A stretch of 63,971 nt of DNA, counting the filler, from Octopus bimaculoides (Eukaryota), in assembly GCF_001194135.2 (NCBI RefSeq). It is 7 parts of 7 records of this genome, joined end to end, with 100 filler letters (N's around TTAATTAATTAA, not from the genome) between each part and the next. Parts side by side here need not be neighbours in the genome. Positions count along the whole stretch, not along the records: positions 18,869 to 30,971 come from NC_068982.1; positions 31,072 to 40,526 come from NC_068989.1; 5 more parts are not named here. One strand, 5' to 3'. The notes under the pieces were generated by a model. That model was not told where the DNA came from, did no database searches, and worked only from the letters and a program-made list of their open reading frames with translations. Positions 26,115 through 37,724 of this stretch are shown here, piece by piece; position 1 is the first letter of the stretch; the number at the start of each line of letters is the position of its first letter. The position numbers and the translations under genes were made by a program.

Positions 26115-26800
26115 TATAGGTGCAGAAGTGCCTACGTGATAAGAAGTTTGCTTCTCAACCACATGGCTCCAGGTTCAGTATTACTGCTTGTCACCTTGTG
26201 CAAGTGTCTTGTATTATAACCCGGGGCCTACCAAAGCCTTTTGAGTGAATTTGGAAGGTGGAAACTGCATGAAAGCAATGATTAGAGTGTTGCACACGTG
26301 ATCATAAGATTGTGGTTTCGATTCTCAGATCAGGTGGTGTGTTGTATTCTTGAGCAAAACATTTCATTTCATGTTACTCTGCATTCTTTTCAACATCTGA
26401 CATGTGGCAGACTGCACACCTGTACAGGTAATGTCGATTTAATGGAACGAGGCAGCTACTGTACAGCACAAACATTTGATCACTATAAGCAAAGCATCTG
26501 AGCAAGTTGTCCTGTGAGATATTGCAGAGCATCATCATCAGTCCTCTTTTACAGAAGAGTTCACCATTTGTGTGTGTGTGGTATGTATATGTATGTGTAC
26601 GTGTGTCATTGTGTTTGTTATCTACCACCATTCACAACCAGTATTGCTTTATTTACATCACCATAACTTAATAGTTTGACAAAATAAATATTAAACTTTA
26701 AGAAAATAATTAACCCTTAGAATCGATTTGTTCAACTAATCCCTTCGAGGCAGTGCCTTAGAACTGCCACAGTCCAAAGACAGAAATATGAACGCCTTAC
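26115..26800 (+). mobile_element. Family C SINE interrupted by a family D SINE (26285-26560)
   Basis: Head taggtgcagaagtgcc...aggttcagt; body resumes at about 26570. Confidence 0.6.
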
Positions 26801-26814
26801 TTCTCTGTGCATGG

Positions 26815-27255
26815 ATACATTGAAACTCTGATATCTGGCAGCTGACTTGGCAGACACCCATAAAATTATTAACCATCTTACTAACAATAACTCTGAGCAC
26901 CTTTTCAAATTCCACCTGTCTAACACCCATGGACATGTTTACAAAGTCAGAAAACAGCACAGCTCCCATGACTTTCGGAAACACTTTTTCATGCTAAGAG
27001 TTGCTGAAGCATGGAACAAACTGCCGGCATCAGTTGTTAGTTGTTGGAGCACTGCATCCTTCAAAACTTCCGTGCTTCCTGAGATTCACCAACACTACAC
27101 CTGATCTTCTCCCCTCCATACACACGCAAGCGTGTGTCTGACTCATACACTGTTCACTTTCCAGACATTTGTACAATACTGCATATGCTTGATATGCACT
27201 TTTGACAAGTTGTAGTGCACCTGAGCACTGTATACAATAATTTCATTATTATACA
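26815..27255 (+). mobile_element. CR1 LINE 3' end
   Basis: DTHKIINHL...THGHVYKVRKQHSSHDFRKHFFMLRVAEAWNKLPASVV, then a 3' UTR ending tacaataatttcattattat. Confidence 0.9.
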
Positions 27256-27936
27256 TAAAAGATAAAAGATATGGATTCTATTAATAGTTAATAGCAAACA
27301 AGGAACAATTTGATAGATCTTTGACATCTATGATCTTCCCCTTATCTAATCTGAATGGTGATCATTTCTTGAATATGCAATTTTCTAGAACTGATGTATT
27401 TATGTAGAAGAAGGGCAAACTAAACAATATTTGTTAGCAGTTTGGTCCCTATGTTTTGGTCCTCAGCTTAACATTCAAGTTCTATCACCATTGACATAAT
27501 CTATAATATTTTTCAAACTGATTGAGTAATATACACCAATAATAAACCAAGAATAAAACCAAGGTATTTCTTAAGTTATAGTTTTTATTCTTGAATTGCA
27601 CATGTTTAGCAAGTGATTTGCATTGAGATTGTATTTATTGTGACTAAATCAATGGTGATGTTGAGGAACTACTGTAGCCATTAAAAAAAAAAACAAAAAA
27701 AACATGCATAAACTGTGAGATTTATTTTCACGTTATTGAAATTTTATAATAATAACATACTCAGACATACACTAACTTGATGACTAGCATTCTACTTTAT
27801 GATCTTGTGTACTCAATAATATATGGACCAAGACCCCAATAGGTTTAGTTGGTTTGTTAGGCTGAAGTAGCCAAAATTTCTTTGTAAGATAAACTTCTGT
27901 AGCTTACAAGAATAAATAGTCAAAAATGTTGTTATA

Positions 27937-28146
27937 CAGGGTGTCCACAAAGTCTGGGTACATGGAGTAAATAAAATCATAGCATAAACAATTAAATATA
28001 AGACTTCTTTTTCTGGGGTATGTTGAAAGAGAAAGTTTACTCAATAAAGATTACAGATTTATTTATTAACATTATAATTAAATAAAATTGTTTTGTTTTA
28101 AAAGTATGTGCTAATCCCTGTGTACCCAGACTTTGTGGACACCCTG
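27937..28146. mobile_element. Tc1/mariner-type MITE, perfect 26-bp TIRs, TA TSD
   Basis: TA|cagggtgtccacaaagtctgggtaca ... tgtacccagactttgtggacaccctg|TA. Confidence 0.92.
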
Positions 28147-28309
28147 TAGTTATTATTGTTGTTATTTAACTGCAGGTTATCTCCAAGTGAGCAAACTTAT
28201 AGCCAAAAGTATTCTATTGTAGATATAACCAGTTTGTCTTTCTGCTGAAAAAAGTATTTATTTAATTATATTATCCATGTAATCATCTTTTTTCAAGATA
28301 GTACAGTGT

Positions 28310-28470
28310 TCATCATCATCATCGTTTAACATCCGCTTTCCATGCTAGCATGGGTTGGACGATTTGACTGAGGACTGGTGAAACCGGATGGCAACACCAG
28401 GCTCCAGTCTGATTTGGCAGAGTTTCTACAGCTGGATGCCCTTCCTAACGCCAACCACTCAGAGAGTGTA
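28310..28470 (-). mobile_element. RTE 3'-tail short element
   Basis: catcatcatcgtttaacatccgctttccatgctagcatgggttggacg... Confidence 0.85.
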
Positions 28471-28704
28471 GTTATTTGAAGAAAATTTTGGCTGTTATTT
28501 TCTGCAACGTAAATGGTCACATTGAGGAAATCTCATTAGCTCATTGAGGTACTTTCACTGCTTTGGATAAAATAACCACTTGGCTGGGAAGGGGATGAGT
28601 GTAAGTGAACTTTCTTGAGGGTACCTAAAAGCTAGGTGATGGTGATTTGGTTGACTGTTTTAAAGAATGTGTGTTATAGTAAATTAAATAAAATGTTAAC
28701 TCAC

Positions 28705-28815
28705 GCGTGATAACTCTTCCAGTTTACTTTGGGCATACTCTAGCTTCTCTCTCTCCACATGGTCATGAGGAGTGTGTGCCAAAAGTTCGTGAAGAGTAAT
28801 TATATACCTAGGGAT
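28705..28815 (-). CDS. RASGRF: Coding exon of a RasGRF1/2-like Ras guanine-nucleotide exchange factor (C-terminal part of DH domain)
   Basis: 111 nt, phase 0/0, flanked by tttttatttcag| and |gtgagt. Translates [37 protein letters not shown], nearly identical to human RASGRF1 as I recall it ([37 protein letters not shown]). Absent from the ORF track. Confidence 0.95.
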
Positions 28816-29139
28816 CTGAAATAAAAACCAAAGAATACTGAATTTAGAAATGAAAATCAAAGAATATCGAATTTAGAAATTAAAATCAAAACATGCTAAA
28901 ATAAAACTTAAGTGAATAAAATAGAATAAAATAATACAATTTAAAAAATTAAAGTACAGCACCTTACACATCAGTCCTAACAAATACTTCAGTTTCATTA
29001 TACATTTCTGCATCAACTGTTATGTCTACCTTAGAATAGCTACCAACATTTCTTTTATCCTTTAACTTTAACTTGTTTGTCATTAGGTTGCGTCCATGAT
29101 GGGGCATTACCTTAAAGGGTCTTTTTAGTTGAATAGAAG

Positions 29140-29420
29140 CCTTTTTTTTCAAAAAGTCTGGTACTTGTTCTATGGTATTCTTTTGCTGAACTGCTAAACT
29201 ACAGGTAAGTGAACTAACCAACACTAATTGCCAAGCAATATTATGGGGCTGGCAGACACAGTCACAAATTCATGCATACATACATTCACACAGACACAGA
29301 CATACATACACATATTTATGATGGGCTTCCACACAGTTTTCTTCTTCCAAATCTACTCACAAGGCATTAATTGGCTTGGGAACCTAGTAAAGACACTTGC
29401 CCAAGGTGTCAATCTGTGAG
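29140..29420 (-). mobile_element. Diverged family C SINE
   Basis: cttttgctgaactgctaa...ccaaatctactcacaaggc...agacacttgcccaaggtg. Confidence 0.65.
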
Positions 29421-30134
29421 ACTAACTTTCTTATTATAGCCATGCATAAGATAAAAACATGTTGTGTGGAGACCACTATGTCAAAGAATAGACCCAACAC
29501 TTTAGATATTGCCAGTAGTTCTTTAAGCAATAAGTATAAACATCTATGTGATTATATGTCTAAACATTTGGAACATTGTTTCAAGAACTATAAGGAAGAT
29601 AACTCAAGACAGAACACTGGTAATAATTCACAATGTGCTGTAAATTCATTGCAGATAATTAAATCTCGGTAAATATATTGGTAAATACATCACCTGGTAC
29701 CAAACTAATTTCATCATGAACTGATTCATCATCAGTAAATTCATTTTTATGCCAAACACATTGTTACTAAATTCATCCTCATACTTTTAATTAATAAACA
29801 CATTCCTAAGCATTATTTTAAGTTTTTATTCATTGAGTAAATTGTCAGTTTCTAGAAATCTTGAAAAAGGAACAGTTAAGAATCAAGATCTGTACAAGAT
29901 CATAATTGAACAATGTATGGCTGCTAGAGAAATCTTTCATTATAAACAGAGTTATAAAAATGGTGTAGTGAGAATTCAAGGTATTGCTTGTGAGTGCCAA
30001 AATCATGAAAGACTGGATTATTTGGCAGTTTGTAATTTTAGCACGTTTCTTCTTTCTTCCAATTTTAAATAAAGTAATCAGCTAAATAAATTGTTGTATG
30101 ATTCTATTTTCAATAATGTTTAACAATTTATGTA

Positions 30135-30365
30135 CTTTGCCAATTAAAATAATGGTTTCAAATTTTGGCACAGGGCCAGCAATTTCAAGGGAGAGGTTAA
30201 ATCAACTACATTGACCCCAATGCTTAACTGGTATTTATTTTATCGACTCTAAAAGGATGAATGACAAAGTCAACCTCAGCAGAATTTGAACTCAGAACAT
30301 AAAGACAGATAAAATGCTGCTAAGCATTTTGCCTGACAAGCTAACGATTCTGTCAGCACATTGCC
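30135..30365 (-). mobile_element. Family A SINE, CpG-depleted
   Basis: aaggatgaatgacaaagtcaacctcagcagaatttgaactcagaac... Confidence 0.8.
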
Positions 30366-30936
30366 TTTTTGTCATTTATAATAATGTTGAAGAATTTAGT
30401 GACAATTAATTTGCAATTATAATGAATTTATTAATATCATATCTTGTAATGAAATTAACAAGAGGATGAGTTTATCTGTTGATGATAATGTACAAATTTT
30501 ACAACTGTAAACTTTCAACTTTTCCTATAGTTCCCTCTTATATGGTGCTAAAATGGTCTCATAAGTCATTCTGCAATAGTTGGCTCTTCAAATGCTCACC
30601 AGGTTACAGTGTATCAAACTTTATTGAAAACATTTTCAAACTGAATAAATGTAAGATAGTTATTTGCACTTGGTTAAATATTTCTTTTAGTTTCTTAATG
30701 AAAATTTCACTCTGATGTTTTCTATCACATCCATTTCTGTTTCATACTATGTGTACATCTTTTCTTCACTGCTTTCTAAATAGGACACATTCTCTTAAAC
30801 ATCATACTGCCCTGTTTAGTCCTTCGAGCATCTTTACTGGATTAGACCACAAGTAGCTAACTACGCTTCAGATTCATTGTCAAGCACAAACAAGTACAGA
30901 TTCGATCTTTCTGGGACTGAGTTGCAAGATGGCAAT

Positions 30937-30971
<35 letters not shown>

Positions 30972-31153
30972 NNNNNNNNNNNNNNNNNNNNNNNNNNNNN
31001 NNNNNNNNNNNNNNNTTAATTAATTAANNNNNNNNNNNNNNNNNNNNNNNNNNNNNNNNNNNNNNNNNNNNTATATATGTAAATATATGTATATATATAT
31101 ATATGTATATATATATGTATATATATACATATATATATATATACATACATACA

Positions 31154-31185
<32 letters not shown>

Positions 31186-31276
31186 CGCACAAACACACTC
31201 TCACACATATATATGTAAGTATATGTGTGCACTCTCTCTATCCCTTTCTCATAAGTATGGACGCGCGAACATACAA

Positions 31277-31328
<52 letters not shown>

Positions 31329-31779
31329 CTTTATGAAAAATTGGGCTGTTCTGAATTTATGTTAATCAAAGTTCACAGCTGGCGGTTAGGTCATTTGACA
31401 GCGTAAATTTGTTTAGCTGTCTGTCTGTCTGTCTGTCTGTCTGCGCTCTCTCCCTCTCCTTCTCTCTCTTTCCCTCTCACTCTTTCACTCTCTCTTCCTC
31501 TCTCTCTCACACACACACAAACACACTCTGACTGTCTCTCTCTCTCCCCATGGCGCGAGGAGAAACTATCGACTGTGGTAAAAGTTAGTACGATTTTACG
31601 TGAAAGAATTAGAGGTGCACACGCGTACACATCTATATAGAAATACGCGCACACATAAACGCGCGCGCACATACGCGCAGATATGAATACATATATACAT
31701 ACATAAATTGTTAGCTAGATAGATAGCGTGTGATTGGGAGAATAATTGGTTTTATATATATATATATGTAAGTGTGTGT

Positions 31780-32304
31780 ATGTATGGGATCTTTGTGATT
31801 TGGTGAACACCATTTGTTTTCTAACGAAACACTTTCAAACTTGGGACACTGGTAGAATATGTCACATAAAACATCTTTTACTCTTAGTGTTGTTGAGAAT
31901 AGGTTATATTTTTAAAGGTATTTCGTGTTAAAGTTGTCATATTTCGGTAATTTCAACCAATTACTGGCGTCTATTGAGGTGAAAACAATTACTGCTGTGG
32001 TTTGTCAACAACACGTTGTGGCGGTGTAATGGGATCTTTTCCCTTGAATAAAATTACTGCCGTTGTTTGTCAACAACAACTATCGGTGGTACTGTTATTT
32101 ATGACATGGTTGTGCGTTTGTACTGGTTTTAGCTTTAGGGTTTTAGGGTTAGGGTTAGGGTGTTAGGGTTAGGGTTAGGGTTTTAGGGTTAGGGTTTTAG
32201 GGTTAGGGTTATGAGTATTTTTGCCAAATTTGGTGAAAAATTTGTGGTTGTGTATTGAACAGATTTTCACCAAATTTGGCAAAAATATTCATAACCCTAA
32301 CCCT
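31780..32304. repeat. Interspersed element with interstitial (TTAGGG)n array (32135-32210) and a 41-bp-arm hairpin
   Basis: Direct reading of TTAGGG/TTTTAGGG units; inverted arms 32199-32239 and 32264-32304. Confidence 0.85.
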
Positions 32305-32579
32305 CTGGAAACATGGGGTTTTAGTGCAACGTCCTTAAAAAACCCTCACTCAGGGATCTTTTGAGCTGGATGGGCTGCTCGACCTGAATAAAATTGTAAC
32401 TGGCTCCACCTGCAAGGTCAGCGCTGCTCATCTTGACATGAAATCACCATGTCGCGCACGTATGGTTGTGATGCATGTACCTGGTGTACTCTTATCAGAT
32501 GGAGAGTCATGATGGGTATGTTGAGCTTCGTGTATTTTACTCCAGTGTCACTTTGATAGCAAGCAGTGCTCTCTCACTC
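32305..32579 (+). mobile_element. 5'-truncated copy of the ~555-bp repeat
   Basis: Starts ctggaaacatggg directly after the hairpin; ends ctctcactc|aataat. Confidence 0.85.
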
Positions 32580-32636
<57 letters not shown>

Positions 32637-32638
<2 letters not shown>

Positions 32639-33129
32639 GGTCACAGAAAACGGGAAAACAACCATACTCTGGGATATGCCAATACACACAGATAGAGAAA
32701 TTAAGGCAAATAGACCAGATATAGTTGTCAAAGATCATGAAGAAAAAAAATGCTTTCTAATTGATGTATCAATACCAGCAGATGACAACGTTTCCCTAAA
32801 AGAAATGGAAAAACTTTCAAAATACAAAGACCTGGAAATAGCGGTAACTCGAATGTGGAATCTAAAAACAGAAACAATTCCTATCATAGTAGGTGCCTTA
32901 GGTATAATAAAAAAATATCCAGACAAATACATAACAAAAACACCAGGACTTACAAATATATATAACATACAGAAAATTGCACTACTGGGCACTGCACACA
33001 TCCTACGCAAAACACTTTCAATACAGTAACCATAAGAGCATCACAGCAAACCACAGCACTTACCCAAGGCACACAGAGCTGCGCTCGGTAGTGAAGTGAA
33101 AGCACGTTATAAAAATAAAACTACTGAAC
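32637..33129 (+). mobile_element. 5'-truncated R4/Dong-type LINE with uninterrupted restriction-like endonuclease frame
   Basis: TILWDMPIHTDREIKANRPDIVVKD...FLIDVSIPADDNVSLKEMEKLSKYKDLE...LLGTAHILRKTL* (stop 33027-33029); (AAT)n on both sides; same 17-nt tail at 15446-15462. Confidence 0.92.
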
Positions 33130-33594
33130 AATAATAATAATAATAATAATAATAATTATAACAATAACAACAACGACAACAATCTCTAGTTTAGGCACAT
33201 GGTGTGAATTAAAAACGCCCTCAAATCATGAAAGAAATTAGATAAATGTAGTACTGTACAGGGATGTGCATTTCAAGTTCCTCTTTATGACAAAGCGCGA
33301 AAATAATCTGGTTTTGTGGGTTTCTAAAATCTGTTCTTGTAATATTTGTGTTGATTGACATTCTGATGAATAAAATATGAAGGGCAGTTCAATAAGTTTG
33401 AGATCATTTAAACGTTAGTTTTCTTGCACAGTTGAACATAAGAAGGGTTCGATGTGGATGGGAATGGTGTTTTTGGAAGCTATGTTATGAAGTCTATCGA
33501 TTTCAGCGTTCTCGGAATGCCTGCGGAGGTCATAGCAGCAATTTCTCTAGCTTCAGACAAAATAATTAAAATAACAATATTAACAACAACAATA

Positions 33595-33900
33595 ACAATT
33601 CTTTCTAGTATAGCACAAGGCCCGAAATTTGTTGGGAAGGGATTAGTCGATTAAATCGACTCCAGTGATCAACATATTCTTATTTTATCGACCCCGAAAA
33701 GATGAAAGGCAAAGTCGTGCTCGGCGAAATTTGAACTCAGAACGTAAAGACGGACGAAATGCCACTGAGAATTTTGCCCGACGTGCTAACGATTCTGCCA
33801 GCTGGTCGCCTTTAAGAATTTCAAATTTTGGAGCAGGGCCAACAGTTTTTGAGGGAAGGGAAACGTCGATTACATCGATCCCAGTACTTGACTGGAACTT
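33595..33900 (-). mobile_element. Tandem family A SINE copies
   Basis: CpG-rich; atcgaccccgaaaagatgaaaggcaaagtcg...gctaacgattctgccagct. Confidence 0.85.
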
Positions 33901-34378
33901 ACATNNNNNNNNNNNNNNNNNNNNNNNNNNNNNNNNNNNNNNNNNNNNNNNNNNNNNNNNNNNNNNNNNNNNNNNNNNNNNNNNNNNNNNNNNNNNNNNN
34001 NNNNNNNNNNNNNNNNNNNNNNNNNNNNNNNNNNNNNNNNNNNNNNNNNNNNNNNNNNNNNNNNNNNNNNNNNNNNNNNNNNNNNNNNNNNNNNNNNNNN
34101 NNNNNNNNNNNNNNNNNNNNNNNNNNNNNNNNNNNNNNNNNNNNNNNNNNNNNNNNNNNNNNNNNNNNNNNNNNNNNNNNNNNNNNNNNNNNNNNNNNNN
34201 NNNNNNNNNNNNNNNNNNNNNNNNNNNNNNNNNNNNNNNNNNNNNNNNNNNNNNNNNNNNNNNNNNNNNNNNNNNNNNNNNNNNNNNNNNNNNNNNNNNN
34301 NNNNNNNNNNNNNNNNNNNNNNNNNNNNNNNNNNNNNNNNNNNNNNNNNNNNNNNNTGATGATGATGATGATGAATGA

Positions 34379-34934
34379 ATGCCCTGATGCAGTACCAGAC
34401 AGTAACTTTCATGGATTCTCATCTTAACTGATTGGAATTGTTATCATGTACATTGTTTTGTCTTGGTATAAAAGATGGGCTACAACAAATATTCTGCTTA
34501 ATACCACAGATTTGCTTGTCAGTTGTTTGACCTTAACCAGTTGAGCATGTCCCTTAGTGGCTGACGATATGTGCATCTCTGATCATGAGCAGAAGTAGTG
34601 GGGGAGCATCATAGCCATGTATCGAGAGGAATTCTTTGAGGTTTGGATAATTCACCTCTGGAAACATGGGTGTTTCGTTCAAAATCCTTAAACAACTCTC
34701 ATTCAGGGATCTTTTGAGCAGGATGGGCTACTCGACCTGAAGAAAATTCTAACTGGGCCCCGCCCGCAAGGTCATGCGCTGTTAACCTTGATATGAGATC
34801 ACCATGTCGCGCACATATGGTTGTGACGCATGTGCCTGGTGTACCCTTATCAGACGGGTAGTCAAGATGAGTATAATGGGCTTCGTATATTTTACCCCAG
34901 TGTCACTTTGAGTGCATGCACTGCTCTCTCACTC
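34379..34934 (+). mobile_element. Near-full-length copy of the unidentified ~555-bp repeat
   Basis: atgccctgatgcagtacc ... ctctctcactc|aataat; reference copy for the family in this window. Confidence 0.9.
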
Positions 34935-35124
34935 AATAATAATAATAATAATGATAATAATAATAATAATAATGATAATGAAAAAAAGGCATCGGAGGGG
35001 CGATGCATACCCTGCGCCCAGATTATTTTTTTTTGCAAATTATAGTGTGGCTTACAACACGTTGCTTACCCATGCTTTTTGATTGATTGATTTATTTATT
35101 TATTTATTTATGCGCCCTTTTAAA

Positions 35125-35413
35125 GCCTATCCAGCCTCATGGACCCGGTTTCTCGATAACTATGGCGTATGTGTTCCTCCCAGCTGGATGGGACGCCAGT
35201 CCATCGCAGTGTTACTCAAGAAATAGGAAGAAAGAGTGAGAGAAAGTTGGGGCGAAAGAGTACAACAAGGTCGCCACCATCAACTGCCGGAGCCTCGAGG
35301 AGCTTTAGGTGTTTTCGCTCAATAAACACTCACAACGTCCGGTCTGGGAATCGAAACCGCGATCCTCCGACCGCGAGTCCGCTGCCCTAACCACTGGGCC
35401 ATTGCGCCTCCAC
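35125..35413 (-). mobile_element. tRNA-headed SINE (family B)
   Basis: Reverse-complement head gtggaggcgcaatggcccagtggttagggcagcggactc...ggtttcgattccc with A and B boxes; second copy at 52896-53216. Confidence 0.88.
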
Positions 35414-36074
35414 ATTGCCCCTCGCTTTTTGATTGAACTGAATTATTATCCTTTGATTGAATTGAATTATTATTCTTTTGAAGTATCGCCATTACAGGTA
35501 TTGTTGGTTACATGTACTGCGCTATATTAATTTCTCTCTGGCGAAACAGCAGGAAATCAACATAACTCGCCTTGATGAAAAACTCCCACCCCTCTGATTT
35601 GTAAATAATTTGTCACACCAATTTATGAAAAAAAAGAGGCTCCATAGCACATACAGATTAGTTGTTTGCGAATGTACTACGCGCAACGTGATTGGACCTT
35701 CGATCCAAACCCCGTGCAATACTCAACCGATCACAACACTGGACTCAACAAATGTCCAAACACTCACATGATAGGTATGTTGACCAATCACTACAGATTA
35801 ACGTGATGCGCCTATATAAACCTAATGTCTTCGATATACCATAATACAAATTGGTTTCGCTACAGTACCATAAAATCAAACAATTTTGAGTAAGTTCTTC
35901 GCCTTTCAGGTAGATTGAGGATGAATCGTAAGACTAAAGATAGTGTCTATCATTCTCCAAGTAACTCTCATTTCCTCACACAATAGTCAACATCTTTTGT
36001 GGCAAGAATTTACCCTATTACGATATGACAACGCTTAAAAAAAATTTTTTTACGTATTTCTCTTCAAATGTTTT

Positions 36075-36455
36075 TATTCTTTTACTTATTTCATTCATTT
36101 GACTGCGGCCATGCTGGAGCACCACATTAAAGGGTTTTTAGTCGAAGGAATCGACGCCAGGACCTTATTCTCTGTAAGCCAAGTACTTATTCTATCGGTC
36201 CCTTAGGCAGAACTGTTAAGTTACTGGAACATGATCGCACCAGCGTCAGTTGTCAAGCGATGGCGGGGGTGCACACACCACACACACACACACGTATATA
36301 TACGACGGGTTTCTTTCAGTTTCCGCCTACCAAATCCACTCACAAGGCTTTGGTTGGCCCGAGGCTATAATAGAGGACACTTGGTCAAGGTGCTATGCAG
36401 TGGATCTGAACCCTGTATCATGTGGCTAGGAAACAAGCTTCTTACCACACAGCCT
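36075..36455 (-). mobile_element. Family C SINE with internal (CA)n
   Basis: ttttacttatttcattcatttgactgcggccatgctggagcacc...ttaccacacagcc; further copies at 40298-40520, 46215-46685, 55855-56020 and 61140-61345. Confidence 0.88.
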
Positions 36456-36740
36456 ACACATTTTGTATTTGTTTAGAAATTGTTATCGTCATGCATAAAA
36501 AGTGATCGTGTTACATGATTTTGTCGCTGTTTCGTGGGAGGGGAAAAAAGCAAAAAAGAGCTAAAAAAAACCCAGTTGAAATGCATTGTCATCTTATAAC
36601 ATGAAAATGAATGGGAAAGTTAATTTCGCGTCGCGGGATTCCATGTTACTAGTTTTTCAAGAACGCACTTATTCCGCAAAGCAGGAGATTCCTCTGTTTG
36701 TGCATGCATGTGTTTACGTATATATTGATGAATATATGTA

Positions 36741-36770
<30 letters not shown>

Positions 36771-36772
<2 letters not shown>

Positions 36773-37056
36773 GGAAGGCCTTCCGCTACGGAAATAGTCT
36801 TCTGAAAAAATTCTCCTCCTAGACAACGTGTGAAAACACGGCTGTGAATGACGTCATTGGATCGTAGGACGCATGCGTTTCTGCGTTCTTTCATCTACGA
36901 ACATTAAGTCTGCTCTTCACAAACCAAAAATCACGAATTCGTTCTTATATTAAATACAGCAAACAGTAAATAGTAAACAGCAAAGGGTTCTCTGATCCAA
37001 TGACGTAAGAGAAGAATTTTCTACCGAGACTATTTCCGCAGCGGAAAGTCTTCCCA
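36771..37056. mobile_element. MITE-like element with long imperfect terminal inverted repeats
   Basis: tgggaaggccttccgctacggaaatagtct...acgtcattggatc versus the reverse complement of gatccaatgacgt...agactatttccgcagcggaaagtcttccca. Confidence 0.8.
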
Positions 37057-37214
37057 CGTCCCCGTGTACATGAACGTGCTAAATATAACTTTTCAAGAAT
37101 ACACACCCATGTCTACACGTACATATACATACACATACACGCACGCGCGCGCGTGTTTGGTGATGCAAACAGGAAAAATAGAACTCAAAATATGAGTATA
37201 TGCATACTTTTATA

Positions 37215-37351
37215 AATATTTAGCAGAAGCAACAAAGTGACTCAAAGGCCGAGAGTTTCAGGCATTGGCGCTTATCAACTTCATAAGTGCCGACGTCCGA
37301 AACTCTCGGCCCACGCTCGGCCCCTGAGTCACTCTGTTTCTGCTAAATATT
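37215..37351. repeat. 137-bp almost fully palindromic element
   Basis: aatatttagcagaa/ttctgctaaatatt (14 bp perfect), gtgactca/tgagtcac, ggccgagagtttc/gaaactctcggcc and cttat/ataag pair in nested order. Confidence 0.88.
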
Positions 37352-37354
37352 AAT

Positions 37355-37421
<67 letters not shown>

Positions 37422-37724
37422 TCAGAAATATTTACGTAGTGAAATGGAGAGGCTAGCTGTTACCACCAACTTGCGTCTCACTGTGTATCTGTTTGTCTAA
37501 CCTAAATGATGTCTCGTCTACTCATTTGATTTATTACAGTAAATGCAAGCCTAGTTTAATATTCCGTCGACCAGATCATGTATATCTTATTTTCAGCTCG
37601 TTCTAATTATCTATTAATTAACTTATTCATTTCGATATGAAAATTGAATTCGAACATTTGCACACGCGAATGCATTTCACTTTAGCGTTTGGGGTTTTAT
37701 ATTATTATTGTTGTTGTTGTTGCT

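Noticed and set aside
28968-29029. AG..GT-bounded minus-strand segment (VDITVDAEMYNETEVFVRTD) as an extra RasGRF exon
   Set aside because: 62 nt (frame-shifting), poor pyrimidine tract, no similarity to RasGRF.
32135-32210. True chromosome end
   Set aside because: Short, degenerate, internal, and flanked on both sides by ordinary repeats.
34379-34934. Idea that the 555-bp repeat encodes a TGA-recoded (selenoprotein) Naiad-type ORF, or holds a hammerhead (CTGACGA, CTGAAGA)
   Set aside because: The frames I read also contain TAA/TAG stops and no RT motifs; the CTGANGA boxes lack a properly placed stem II and GAAA.
35340-35413. tRNA-like sequence (also 53145-53216 and 18680-18743)
   Set aside because: Has A/B boxes but continues into a shared SINE body without a proper acceptor stem; SINE heads, not tRNA genes.
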